From NCBI GenBank assembly GCA_047975285.1, contig JBKEDG010000091.1, positions 18 through 64,017 on the forward strand: a stretch of 64,000 nucleotides of DNA, in the 5' to 3' direction. How positions within the stretch are numbered: the first letter of the stretch is position 1; every line of letters begins with the position of its first letter. The notes beneath the pieces were generated by a model that saw only the letters and a program-made list of their open reading frames with translations, ran no database searches and was not told where the DNA came from. Positions 11,488 through 21,811 of the stretch are shown here, piece after piece. This stretch comes from Bacilli bacterium. Its GTDB lineage: Bacteria > Bacillota_I > Bacilli_A > JBKEDG01. The translations under genes and the position numbers were made by a program.

Positions 11488-12270
11488 CTAAAATTGTTTA
11501 ACTATTGGTTTATAGTTATAACTGCACCATTTCACATCAATATTTTTTAAAACATTATTTTCAAAAACTTTTTCCATATCATGTCCCATATCAACTAAAC
11601 ATCCATCACCTTTTTGTACAAGCACATCATGGAATGTGGAATAATCAATATCACCAGTAATATACAAATCTATTTCACTGTTTACAAAATACTTAGTAAA
11701 TGACTTTCCACTTCCACCTATGATTAATGCCGTTTTAATCAACTTTTCTTCATTCCCAATATAGTTAAGTACCCTATTGCACTTTTTCTTAAGTTTACTT
11801 AAAGTATCAGCAAAGTTTTGATTAATTTCTACAACAATACCTAATACTTTATCATCTACAACCATTTCAGAGAGAGTTTTGTAACCAAAATATTTGCCAA
11901 TCCATCTAGAGATACTGGCGTTTTCAAAATCCACATTAGTATGTAAGCATATAACGTTCAAATTGTTTTTAATAATATAATTAAGTAATTTACCTTTATA
12001 AGTTTCCTTAATTATTCCATTTTTTGATATAAACTTATTATCGTTATTATATATGTCAGCGAATAATATATTGGGATGATGAGAAATTATCACGTTACAT
12101 CCTTTTTCTACTGCACAATTACATACATCTAAATTAAGATTAAGACATGTCATAACTTGCTGCACTTCAGCTGACAGTGAGCCAATTATTAACCCAACAT
12201 CATCAAAGTCTTCAGCTAATTTAAAATTATATTCATTATTAAGTTTAAATAATAATTCTTGTACTTTCAT
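11488..12270 (-). CDS. Nif3-like dinuclear metal centre protein
   Basis: D.VGL.IG, IISHHP, LHTNVD, YITGD and DMGH motifs; usual position after trmK. Confidence 0.9.
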   Translation of the reverse strand: MKVQELLFKLNNEYNFKLAEDFDDVGLIIGSLSAEVQQVMTCLNLNLDVCNCAVEKGCNVIISHHPNILFADIYNNDNKFISKNGIIKETYKGKLLNYIIKNNLNVICLHTNVDFENASISRWIGKYFGYKTLSEMVVDDKVLGIVVEINQNFADTLSKLKKKCNRVLNYIGNEEKLIKTALIIGGSGKSFTKYFVNSEIDLYITGDIDYSTFHDVLVQKGDGCLVDMGHDMEKVFENNVLKNIDVKWCSYNYKPIVKQF

Positions 12271-12271
12271 A

Positions 12272-12955
12272 TTATTTCCTATCCTTTTTCATAAGCACTT
12301 CTTCTATAATCATTATTTCATGATTAAATTTTTTGATGCGTTCTTGGTACTTAGTTGGAATAGCTTTTCTAATTTTGATTAGATTTTCAAGTTCTTTACT
12401 ATACTTACTTATAAATTCATTGCAATTATAATCAATATGCTTTCCAAATCTAATTTCTTTATCAGTTAAAATACTCTTCCCATTAGAAACGCAAAATGTT
12501 TCATAAAACACTCCATTATCTTCAATTAACGATTCTTTATTAATCACAAAAGAATTATCACTCAACCATAATCTTAGTAGTTCTTCTCCAGAAGTTGGTT
12601 GAAGTACAAATTTTTTAAAACTTTTTGTTTTTTTTATATCCCTAGATAAAATCTCCACAATAGTCTTAGCACCCATTCCAGTAATAATAACAGTATCAAC
12701 TTCATAAGATTCAATCGGACAAAGCCCATCACCTAATCTAAACTCTACTTTTTTAGGGTCAATTTCATACTGCCTTGTGTTATTAATAGCACTCTTTAAA
12801 GGTTCAGATAGAATATCTGAAAATATTACTAAATCAATTTCATGTTCTAAAATTAAACTAATCCCAACCAAACCATGATCACAACCTATATCGCATACTT
12901 TACTACTATCTTTACTATAGTTAATAATTTCTTGCATACGATTAGTTGTATTCAC
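12272..12955 (-). CDS. trmK: tRNA (adenine22-N1)-methyltransferase
   Basis: DIGCDHG, RLGDGL, ITGMG and LQP motifs; follows rpoD. Confidence 0.92.
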   Translation of the reverse strand: MNTTNRMQEIINYSKDSSKVCDIGCDHGLVGISLILEHEIDLVIFSDILSEPLKSAINNTRQYEIDPKKVEFRLGDGLCPIESYEVDTVIITGMGAKTIVEILSRDIKKTKSFKKFVLQPTSGEELLRLWLSDNSFVINKESLIEDNGVFYETFCVSNGKSILTDKEIRFGKHIDYNCNEFISKYSKELENLIKIRKAIPTKYQERIKKFNHEIMIIEEVLMKKDRK

Positions 12956-14040
12956 TATTTTACCTCCATAAAATCTTTTAATTTTTTAGAGCGAGCTGGC
13001 TTTCTAAGTTTTCTAAGTGCTTTAGCCTCAATTTGTCTTATACGTTCTCTGGTAACTCCAAACTCTTTTCCAACTTCTTCCAGTGTTCGAGGTCGGCTAT
13101 TAATTAGACCAAATCTCATTCTAAGAACTCTTTCTTCACGATCAGTTAATTCCAATAAAACATCATCTAATACTTCTTTTAGCATTTCATTAGATGTATA
13201 TTCAGCAGGACTTATCGCATGTTTATCTTCAATAAAATCTCCTAGATGTGAATCATCTTCTTCACCAATTGGAGTTTCAAGTGAAACAGGCTCTTGTGCT
13301 ACTTTTTGAATTTCTCTTACTTTGTCTACACTCACTTCCATTCTTAAAGCAATCTGTTCATCACTTGGCTCTTGACCTAATTCCTGAACTAATTGTCTTT
13401 GAATTCTAGTAAGTTTATTAATTGTCTCAACCATATGAACTGGAATTCTAATTGTTCTTGCCTGATCAGCTATTGCTCTAGTAATTGCTTGTCTTATCCA
13501 CCAAGTGGCGTAAGTTGAAAACTTAAAACCTTTATCATAATCAAATTTTTCAACCGCTTTCATCAACCCAATGTTTCCTTCTTGAATAAGATCTAAAAAT
13601 AACATTCCTCTTCCCACATAACGCTTAGCAATTGAAACAACAAGTCGTAAATTAGCCTCAGCCAATTTTTGCTTAGCAATTTCATCTCCTTCAACAATAC
13701 GCATTGCAAGTTCAATTTCTTCCTCAGCATCTAACAGGTCAATTTTACCTATTTCTTTAAGGTACATTCTAACTGGATCATTCATTTTAACCTGTTTTGT
13801 AGCATCACTTTCAACATATGAATCAATTTCTATAGTTTCTTCTTCCTCTTCATCGTCTTCACGAACAACTATGATTGATTTTTTTTCAAGTTCTTCAAAT
13901 ACATTTTCAAGTGTTTCATCATCTAAGTCAAGATCCTCAAACTCTTTAAATATTCGATCTTCTGTAATTTTATTAGAATTCTCAACACCATGTTCAATTA
14001 ATACTTTAATTCTTTCTTCTACTGTCATTATATGCGCCAT
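12955..14040 (-). CDS. rpoD: Primary sigma factor SigA/RpoD
   Basis: [36 protein letters not shown] and TRERIRQIE. Start chosen at ATG 14040, 6 nt after GAGG. Confidence 0.98.
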   Translation of the reverse strand: MAHIMTVEERIKVLIEHGVENSNKITEDRIFKEFEDLDLDDETLENVFEELEKKSIIVVREDDEEEEETIEIDSYVESDATKQVKMNDPVRMYLKEIGKIDLLDAEEEIELAMRIVEGDEIAKQKLAEANLRLVVSIAKRYVGRGMLFLDLIQEGNIGLMKAVEKFDYDKGFKFSTYATWWIRQAITRAIADQARTIRIPVHMVETINKLTRIQRQLVQELGQEPSDEQIALRMEVSVDKVREIQKVAQEPVSLETPIGEEDDSHLGDFIEDKHAISPAEYTSNEMLKEVLDDVLLELTDREERVLRMRFGLINSRPRTLEEVGKEFGVTRERIRQIEAKALRKLRKPARSKKLKDFMEVK

Positions 14041-14073
14041 CATTTCCCTCACTTTTTAATAATATTTATTTAT

Positions 14074-15783
14074 CTAATTTTGATCTAGGTTTTTTTTAGA
14101 TAATTTACCCAACTTTTCTAATAATTTCATTCTTTTATCTTTGTCTGTTTCCATTGCAATTTTTTGGGGTAGTGAAACCATTGTTTTATTATTGGTTTGT
14201 GATTTTAAACAAACTACATAATCGTTAATTGTAGCAATATCACTTTCTAGTTCTATGGTTAAAATCTTTTTGACTTTTTGAATAATAATTTCTTGTTTAG
14301 TTTCATTATAATTGTTAGATATTTTTATCCACTCAATAATATCTTCAAATTCGTTTTGTTTATAAAATTCCTGTATAAGCATCGCAATTTCATCATTTTC
14401 CTTTTTACTCAAACATATCAATATATTACTATATATATCTATGGCTTCTCTATTGTTTAACATCAAATATAAAAATTCTTGTTCAGTTTTATCAATTAAA
14501 TTTTCATCATAAATTAAATTTTCACTACAATCTAACAAAGTATGCTCACTTCTACTTTTAATAGACGTAGCTTGCATTTTAGAGCTTTTCCCACCTACTG
14601 AAACACCAATTTTATCTTCAACATAATTTACTAATAACTGCTTAACAGTATTATTTGGGATTGTAGTAATAAATCCTTTTACATCATCAAGAATTTTGGC
14701 TTTATTTGAAATATTCATTTCACTATATCCGTATATGATTTTATCAACAAAATACTCTTCAAATATTTTTGCACTTTTATATTTAATTGTAAAACTATTT
14801 ATCCCATATTGTAAAATATATTCATCAACATCTAATCCTTCCAACTCAATAAATCTAATTTTATTAGAAGAGTTTTTTAGACTATTATAAATGTTTTTTG
14901 AAGCCATAATTCCGGCACTATCACTATCCATACACAAATATATATTATCCGTTAAGGAATTAATTAACTTTCTATGCGAAACAGTAAATGCTGTTCCCAT
15001 TGTTGCTACAACATGCTTATAACCATTAGAATAAAGTCTCATTACATCAAAAAATCCTTCTGTTATTATTAAAGCATTTCGTTTAACTATTTCACTATTA
15101 GCAAGGTTTATATTATATAATATATCACTTTTTTTAAAATACTTAGTTTCTGGTGTATTTAAATATTTAGGTGCCGATTCATTAATTACTCTTCCTGAAT
15201 ATCCAATAATATTCCCATGAATATCGGCAATAGGAAATAATATTCTAGATTTAAAAATCAACTTGTTGTTACTATTTATTAATCCTGTTTTAATTATTTC
15301 TTCATGTTTATACTTTGAGTTAAGAAGCTCTACAATTTCATTGTTACTACACCCTATTGAAAAAATTTCAATATCTTCGATATTAAATTTACGATTTAAT
15401 AAATAATTTAAATATTCTCTACCCATTTTAGAATGTAATAATGTAAATGTAAAGAAGCGGTTGCTATCTAAGTATATACTATAATATAAATCTTTAACCT
15501 CATTAAAACTCTTCACTTCTATACCAACAGTTTTCCCCAGTTTAACCAATGCTTGATTAAAAGAAATATTTTCAATATTTTTAACAAAGTTAATCGCATC
15601 TCCCCCCGCACCACAAGAAAAGCATTTATATAACTGTTTTTGTGGAGAAACACTCATGCTTGGATTAGTATCGTCATGAAATGGACAAACTCCAAAGTAA
15701 TTTTTACCCTTACGTTCTAAGGTGATGTATTCACTTACAACATCAACAATATCAATGTTATCTAAAACATTGTCTTTATCCAT
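14074..15783 (-). CDS. dnaG: DNA primase
   Basis: CHC2 zinc finger CPFH..CFSC, PKYLNTPET and TOPRIM motifs EGFFDV/DSDSAG; likely ATG at 15783. Confidence 0.97.
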   Translation of the reverse strand: MDKDNVLDNIDIVDVVSEYITLERKGKNYFGVCPFHDDTNPSMSVSPQKQLYKCFSCGAGGDAINFVKNIENISFNQALVKLGKTVGIEVKSFNEVKDLYYSIYLDSNRFFTFTLLHSKMGREYLNYLLNRKFNIEDIEIFSIGCSNNEIVELLNSKYKHEEIIKTGLINSNNKLIFKSRILFPIADIHGNIIGYSGRVINESAPKYLNTPETKYFKKSDILYNINLANSEIVKRNALIITEGFFDVMRLYSNGYKHVVATMGTAFTVSHRKLINSLTDNIYLCMDSDSAGIMASKNIYNSLKNSSNKIRFIELEGLDVDEYILQYGINSFTIKYKSAKIFEEYFVDKIIYGYSEMNISNKAKILDDVKGFITTIPNNTVKQLLVNYVEDKIGVSVGGKSSKMQATSIKSRSEHTLLDCSENLIYDENLIDKTEQEFLYLMLNNREAIDIYSNILICLSKKENDEIAMLIQEFYKQNEFEDIIEWIKISNNYNETKQEIIIQKVKKILTIELESDIATINDYVVCLKSQTNNKTMVSLPQKIAMETDKDKRMKLLEKLGKLSKKNLDQN

Positions 15784-15799
15784 TTTACCACCACTCAAT

Positions 15800-16678
15800 C
15801 TAGTCTTTTATTTTAAATTTATCCACATACGGCTCAATGTGAAAATTAAAATGAAAATTATAATTATATTTTTCTTTAACTTTTTTTTCTATATTGTTAC
15901 AAATCTCATGTGCATTATAAACACTCATTTTTGCATCAAACATCAAATGTGCCTCAACATAAACATTAACTTCATTTCCTCTTGTTTTTAAAAAGTGGAC
16001 TTCTTTTACATCATTTATCTTTTCAATAAATTCTTCTAATTCTACCTGATCAATTATTGAAGAATCAATTAAAACACTTACCGATTTGAAAAATATTTCA
16101 AGCCCTGCTTTAATTATGATAACACCTATAAAAATTGAAATGATTAAGTCAATTAGTCCCGGTGCTCCTAATTTTATCATAATCATATTTATTAATACTC
16201 CAAGCGTAATATAAATATCGCTCAAAGTATGTTTTGCATCACTTACTAAAAAACTACTTTTTAATTTTTTCCCTTTCCTTGTTTCATATATTACAACAAT
16301 TATATTAATTATAAGTGTTGATGCAATTATTAAAATCGATCCTAATGATATTGTAACTGTAGAAGTAGAGTTAATGCTTGTAACAAAATTGTAAATTACT
16401 CTACCACCAGTGTACATTAAAACAAACGAGATGATTAAACTAGCAAGGTTTTCAATTTTTTCATGTCCATATAGATGAGTATCATCTGCCGGTTTAAATG
16501 CTAAAAATAATGCAAATATTCCCACAAAATTTGCTAACAAATCACTCAGACTATGAAATGAATCTGCAACAACAGCACTAGAGTTAATATTCAATCCAAC
16601 TAGTAACTTGATTGTAAATGATAATAAATTCAAAATTGAAATTATTATTAAAACTCTAATTACCTTATTATCTTTCAT
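15800..16678 (-). CDS. Cation diffusion facilitator (CDF/FieF-like) transporter
   Basis: ADSFHSLSD, PAD..H.YGH.K.E, SDAKH..SD and C-terminal HIEP. Confidence 0.93.
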   Translation of the reverse strand: MKDNKVIRVLIIISILNLLSFTIKLLVGLNINSSAVVADSFHSLSDLLANFVGIFALFLAFKPADDTHLYGHEKIENLASLIISFVLMYTGGRVIYNFVTSINSTSTVTISLGSILIIASTLIINIIVVIYETRKGKKLKSSFLVSDAKHTLSDIYITLGVLINMIMIKLGAPGLIDLIISIFIGVIIIKAGLEIFFKSVSVLIDSSIIDQVELEEFIEKINDVKEVHFLKTRGNEVNVYVEAHLMFDAKMSVYNAHEICNNIEKKVKEKYNYNFHFNFHIEPYVDKFKIKD

Positions 16679-18030
16679 TACAATTGAATCCTACTTGTTA
16701 TATATTTAACACATTCATCAATTGAAAGTGTAATTTGTTCTGTCGTTTTTAAATCTCTTATTGTTACAGTAGCATCATTTACTGTATTGTCATCAATTGT
16801 TACGCAGAATGGAATCCCAATTGCATCACTTCTTAAATAGCGCTTACCAATTGAACCAGAATCATCATATTCACACATAAAATGTTTACTAAGTTTTTCA
16901 AATACTTCCTCTGCTTTTTCACTGTGATATTTTTTCATTAGTGGTAAAACACTGACCTTTATCGGCGCAAGATAAGGATGAATATCTAAAAACTCTCTTT
17001 CCTCACTTACAGTATAGGCATCAAATAGTATTGCTAAAAATAGTCTATCTACACCTACCGAAGGTTCTATTACAAAAGGTAGGTATTTACTATTATCAAC
17101 TTGATCAAAATATTCAAGATTTTCCTTAGAAACATTCTGATGAGCAGTTAGATCAAAATCTGTTCTAGAAGCAATCCCCCATAGTTCACCCCATCCAAAT
17201 GGAAACTTAAACTCAATATCAGATGTAGCATTAGAATAGTGACTTAACTCTTCGTCATCGTGATCTCTTAACCTTAAATTATTACCATCAATTTTTAAAA
17301 TATTCAAAAAGTTAATACAATACTCTTTCCAATATTTAAACCACTCTAATTCATTACCAGGTTTACAAAAAAACTCTAACTCCATTTGTTCAAACTCCCT
17401 AGTTCTGAAAATAAAATTTCCTGGAGTTATTTCATTTCTAAAACTTTTCCCTATCTGACAAATTCCAAAAGGTATCTTTTTTCTAGTTGTACGAGCAACA
17501 TTCTTAAAGTTAACAAAAATTCCTTGTGCCGTTTCAGGTCTCATATAAATATCATTCCCTTTTCCAGAAACAACACCTTGTTCTGTTTTAAACATCAAAT
17601 TAAACTGCCTAATGTCAGTATAATTATTATTACCACATTCTGGACAATTAATTTCATTATCTACAATATATTTTTTTAATCTTTCTTCATCCCAACCATC
17701 AGCAATACTTCCATCAAAATTTTCTACCAACTTATCAGCCCGAAATCTATTGTTACAACTTTTACAATCAATTAGAGGGTCACTAAAACCACCTACATGT
17801 CCACTTGCAACCCAAACATTTGGGTTCATCAAAATAGCACTATCTAAACCTACATTAAAACGTTGTTGTTTTACAAACTTATCCCACCATGCCTTTTTTA
17901 TATTATTTTTTAATTCAACACCTAGTGGACCATAATCCCAAGTATTTGCAAGACCACCATAAATCTCACTTCCGGAGTACACAAACCCATATTTTTTTGC
18001 GTATTTAACTAAATCATCAAAATTTACCAT
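16678..18030 (-). CDS. glyQS: Glycine--tRNA ligase, single-subunit (alpha2) type
   Basis: SEIYGGL..WDYGPLG, MRPETAQGIF, FRNEITPGNFIFRTREFEQME and VIEPS.G.DR; ATG at 18030 after GGAGG. Confidence 0.96.
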   Translation of the reverse strand: MVNFDDLVKYAKKYGFVYSGSEIYGGLANTWDYGPLGVELKNNIKKAWWDKFVKQQRFNVGLDSAILMNPNVWVASGHVGGFSDPLIDCKSCNNRFRADKLVENFDGSIADGWDEERLKKYIVDNEINCPECGNNNYTDIRQFNLMFKTEQGVVSGKGNDIYMRPETAQGIFVNFKNVARTTRKKIPFGICQIGKSFRNEITPGNFIFRTREFEQMELEFFCKPGNELEWFKYWKEYCINFLNILKIDGNNLRLRDHDDEELSHYSNATSDIEFKFPFGWGELWGIASRTDFDLTAHQNVSKENLEYFDQVDNSKYLPFVIEPSVGVDRLFLAILFDAYTVSEEREFLDIHPYLAPIKVSVLPLMKKYHSEKAEEVFEKLSKHFMCEYDDSGSIGKRYLRSDAIGIPFCVTIDDNTVNDATVTIRDLKTTEQITLSIDECVKYITSRIQL

Positions 18031-18112
18031 TGCATTACCTCCCATATTAATACATATGTATTAATTATAACATTTTTTAGTTATAAATGATATTAATAAG
18101 AGTGTTTTATCC

Positions 18113-19444
18113 TTATATTTTTATTTTTGAATGAAAATGATTTATTGGTGATTTACCGCTTCCTACAACATAATTGTCTACTATACCATCATATATATAT
18201 TTAGTAGCGTTTTTTACAGCAACATTTAAATCCATTCCATTTGCAAGATTAGTCGCAATAGCACTAGATAGACTACATCCTGTACCATGAGTATGAACTG
18301 TGTCAACTCTTTTACTGTAATATTTATAAAATTTACCTTCATAATATAAAACATCAACTAAAACTTCCCCTTTTAAATGCCCGCCTTTTATTAAAACATT
18401 TTTTGCTCCAAGTTGATATAATTCTAAACATGCATCTTCCATTTTCAATTCTGAGTCAACGTCATAATTTAAAATTTGTGACACTTCTTCAATATTAGGT
18501 GTAATAAGATAACAAAGTGGAAACAAAGTATTAACTAACGAATCAATAGAATTTTCACTTAGTAACACACTATTATCTTTGGCCACCATAACTGGATCTA
18601 AAACAATTTTACTTGTCGACTTTAGCGATTTAGCAACCGTTTCAATGATCCTTGCACATGAAAGCATTCCTATTTTTATTGCTTTAACATCTAAGTCATT
18701 CAATACACATTCTATTTGCTTAGAAATAATATCAGAATCTAGTTCCACTACAGCATAAACTCCTGTTGTATTTTGAGCTGTTACTGCGGTTATAACACTA
18801 GCTGCATACCCCCCATTAGCACTAATTGTTTTAATATCTGCACTAATACCTGCACCACCAGAACTATCACTACCTGCAATTGTTAAAACAACATTTTTAC
18901 TATCAGTTGATAGTTGAGAACAAAATAATTTTTCGCAGTCAAATCCTTTTTTAAAAATAAGTGATAATTTAAAAAAATCGTTCGTGAAACCACTAGCATA
19001 TTTTATATACTTATCAACAAACATATCTGAAAAAAAATCTTTTAACTCACCATAATATTCGCCATAATCACTCTCTAAACTTAAGTTTTTTATAAGTTCA
19101 TTTTTACTAATAATGTACGGAACAAACAGCAAAATTATTTCATCGTAATCTAATGTAATCAGCAAATTATCTATCATACAAATATAATCCTTGGTAATAT
19201 GAGTTATATCATCTAAATCTTCATTTAATTTTTTTTTATAATTTATAATGTCTTTAAAAATTATTGTATCTTCATTTTTATATTTCAAAACTATATAATT
19301 ACAAATTTTTTTAAAATGCATCAAACGAATATGCTCTTGTTTAATGTAAGCATTAACTTTATATTCTTCAATGTTTTTATCAAAATTATTTAAACTATTC
19401 TTACAAAGACTGCAAAAGTCATTGATTATATTTTTTTGTGTCAT
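18113..19444 (-). CDS. thiD: Hydroxymethylpyrimidine(-phosphate) kinase ThiD with a degenerate N-terminal TenA-like domain
   Basis: C-terminal LTIAGSDSSGGAG, KIGML, DPVM, ITPN..E and HTHGTGC. The first ~180 aa align by eye with TenA helices. Confidence 0.85.
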   Translation of the reverse strand: MTQKNIINDFCSLCKNSLNNFDKNIEEYKVNAYIKQEHIRLMHFKKICNYIVLKYKNEDTIIFKDIINYKKKLNEDLDDITHITKDYICMIDNLLITLDYDEIILLFVPYIISKNELIKNLSLESDYGEYYGELKDFFSDMFVDKYIKYASGFTNDFFKLSLIFKKGFDCEKLFCSQLSTDSKNVVLTIAGSDSSGGAGISADIKTISANGGYAASVITAVTAQNTTGVYAVVELDSDIISKQIECVLNDLDVKAIKIGMLSCARIIETVAKSLKSTSKIVLDPVMVAKDNSVLLSENSIDSLVNTLFPLCYLITPNIEEVSQILNYDVDSELKMEDACLELYQLGAKNVLIKGGHLKGEVLVDVLYYEGKFYKYYSKRVDTVHTHGTGCSLSSAIATNLANGMDLNVAVKNATKYIYDGIVDNYVVGSGKSPINHFHSKIKI

Positions 19445-19454
19445 TTTCTAACCT

Positions 19455-20771
19455 CTATATTAAATCATCTTCAATCATTTCATCTGCAAGAGTAGCATCA
19501 GGCTTTAAACTTAAGTGTTTATCTGGCAAAACAAGATGTATTCCAATCCCAAAGATTGCTGCTAAACTCATACCCTGAAAAACAAATTGTGTATTGAATA
19601 AATTAAATGCAAAATATCCTCCTCCAAGTCCAACAACTAAAATAACAGCTACTATAATCATATTTCTAGTATGATTAAAATCTATTCTAGCATTCATCAA
19701 AATTCTTACACCATTTTGAGCAATCAAACCAAATAATACTATTGATATTCCACCCATAACTGGTGTTGGAATGGTAGAAATAAAAATTGCGATTGGATTA
19801 ATAAATGCAATCAACATTGCAAAAACACCAGCAAGTTGTATAACTTTTATACTAGCAACTTTTGTTAGAATAATCACTCCTGTATTTTCAGCGTAAGTTG
19901 TATTCACAGGACCACCAATAATTCCTGCACACAATGTTGCAAGTCCATCTCCTAGAATTGTTCTTTTAAGCCCTGGATCTTTTAAAAAATTTCTACCTGT
20001 AATTGCCGAACCTACAGTATGATCACCAATATGTTCTGCAATTGTAACAATAACTAACGGAATAACAGCAAGTAGTATTGATGAGTTAAATTTAAAATTA
20101 CCATCAATTAAAATTATATTGAATTCAGGAACTTTAAAAAATTGAAGATTCTCAAAACTACTTAAATCAACTATACCCAATATAAAAGCAGCAATATATC
20201 CAACAAAAATTCCAATTAAAATTGGAACTGATTTAATAAAACTATTGCCTTTTTCAAGAGCAAACAAAGTTGCAAGCAAGGTTATAAGTGCTACTATTAC
20301 GCTTTTAAAATTAAAATTATCAATACTAAGACCACTATTTGCCATCGCTATTGGTGCAAGCGATAATCCAATAACAATTACAAGTGGCCCCATCACAACA
20401 GCAGGTAATACATAATCAAGCCACTTAACTCCTATCATCATTGTAATAAGGGAAATCAATACATATAAAATTCCTACGCAAATAACTGCAAAAGCAACAC
20501 CAGATCTCCCTTCAGTTTGCATTAGTGCTCCTAAAAGACTAATGTAAGCAAAAGAACTTCCAATAAATACTGGAACTTTTTGTTTTGTAGTGAAACTGTA
20601 AATTAATGTACCCATACCAGCACAAAATATTGCTACACTAACATCAAGACCAATTAAAATTGGAACTAAAATTGTTGAGCCAAACATTGCAAAAACGTGT
20701 TGTACAGAAAGTAATAAATGTTCGCTTTTCTTTTTAGGAACATCTTCAATACCATATTTAAAATTAATCAT
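19455..20771 (-). CDS. uraA: Uracil permease (NCS2 family)
   Basis: QHVFAMFGSTILVP, GSSFAYI, EHIGD, GDGLAT and NTTYAEN; PyrR attenuator upstream; ATG at 20771 after GGAGG. Confidence 0.93.
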   Translation of the reverse strand: MINFKYGIEDVPKKKSEHLLLSVQHVFAMFGSTILVPILIGLDVSVAIFCAGMGTLIYSFTTKQKVPVFIGSSFAYISLLGALMQTEGRSGVAFAVICVGILYVLISLITMMIGVKWLDYVLPAVVMGPLVIVIGLSLAPIAMANSGLSIDNFNFKSVIVALITLLATLFALEKGNSFIKSVPILIGIFVGYIAAFILGIVDLSSFENLQFFKVPEFNIILIDGNFKFNSSILLAVIPLVIVTIAEHIGDHTVGSAITGRNFLKDPGLKRTILGDGLATLCAGIIGGPVNTTYAENTGVIILTKVASIKVIQLAGVFAMLIAFINPIAIFISTIPTPVMGGISIVLFGLIAQNGVRILMNARIDFNHTRNMIIVAVILVVGLGGGYFAFNLFNTQFVFQGMSLAAIFGIGIHLVLPDKHLSLKPDATLADEMIEDDLI

Positions 20772-20789
20772 AAATCCTCCCAATTGCCT

Positions 20790-20815
20790 AAAAAAGTGTA
20801 TGCCGTAGCATACAC
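20790..20815 (-). terminator. Attenuator terminator of the PyrR leader
   Basis: GTGTATGC-TACG-GCATACAC followed by TTTTTT. Confidence 0.9.
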
Positions 20816-20826
20816 AAAAGTAAATA

Positions 20827-20856
20827 CTTTCCCATCTCTCTGGACAAGGTTAAAGG
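20827..20856 (-). promoter_or_regulatory. PyrR-binding RNA stem-loop
   Basis: CCTTTAA-CCTTGTCCAGAGAGATGGGAAAG matches the PyrR consensus (CUUUAA...UCCAGAGAG) and precedes a terminator and uraA. Confidence 0.85.
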
Positions 20857-20928
20857 CACTATAAATATAGTATCATCTAAATATAAATAAATCAAGATAT
20901 TTTAATAGATATTAGTATAGTTTGCACA

Positions 20929-21363
20929 TTATTTAACAAGATTATTAAATTTGATCGGCCTATCTAATCTTTTATTAGCAATATATAATGCAATAAATCC
21001 AAAGATTACTATATTTGAAAGTGAGCAAACTATAAGTTCCTTAGAAAGCATTATTTTTTCACTCCAAACAAAATATAAATCTGTTGTTAAATAATATGTC
21101 GGTACAAGTCTCACAACTTTTCCTAAGTGTGTAGAACTTTCTGCTATATCTCTAAAAGTACCCGATAAAAACATTATAACAAACATTGCTATAAGAGAAA
21201 TATCTTGTACTCCACTATTATTTTTGAAAATTAGTGCAATTGTTAACCAAATAAATGCCATTGATATAAACACTAATATATACTGTAGTATTATTGCTTT
21301 ATAATATTGTATTGAAGGTACTTTTAAATTACATACAATATATGCTATCCCTGTAACTATCAA
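20929..21363 (-). pseudogene. C-terminal fragment of an ABC-2 type permease
   Basis: Hydrophobic ORF with MFLSG.F and P.YY motifs; no SD/ATG and the N-terminal part is missing; abuts an ATPase remnant. Confidence 0.6.
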
Positions 21364-21368
21364 TATTA

Positions 21369-21625
21369 AATTACACTATTTTTTGCGTTAAAATTTGGGA
21401 AAACTTTCTAATGTTAAAAATAAGAAGTATTACTTCTTTTACTTTTTGCAAATTACTAATTATTTCTCCTCCGTAACTCACACGATTTAAAATTATTTTA
21501 ATGAAAGTTATCTTACCTTAGCCATTTTCTCCTATTATTCCAATAATTTTGCCTTTAGGTAAATTCAAATCATCTACACTCAAACAAAAGTTTTTGTACT
21601 TTACTATTAAATTTCTTATTTCCAT
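21369..21625 (-). pseudogene. N-terminal remnant of an ABC transporter ATPase
   Basis: MEIRNL...LPKGKIIGIIGENG-[TAA 21518-21520]-GKITFIK: a nonsense codon inside Walker A, with the rest of the domain absent. Confidence 0.75.
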
Positions 21626-21811
21626 TTATATATTATGTGATTTATGTGATTTTAAATACCATTTTTCATCACACTTCTCCCTTTTCATTAAATTAACTCA
21701 ATAATTAAAAGTAATTGTTGTTACGTAAAATTAAATACACATTTATAATCAAAACTGCTTTCTAACATTTTTTACTGAACTTTCAGCCGGTTATTAGAAT
21801 TAAACGAACAT

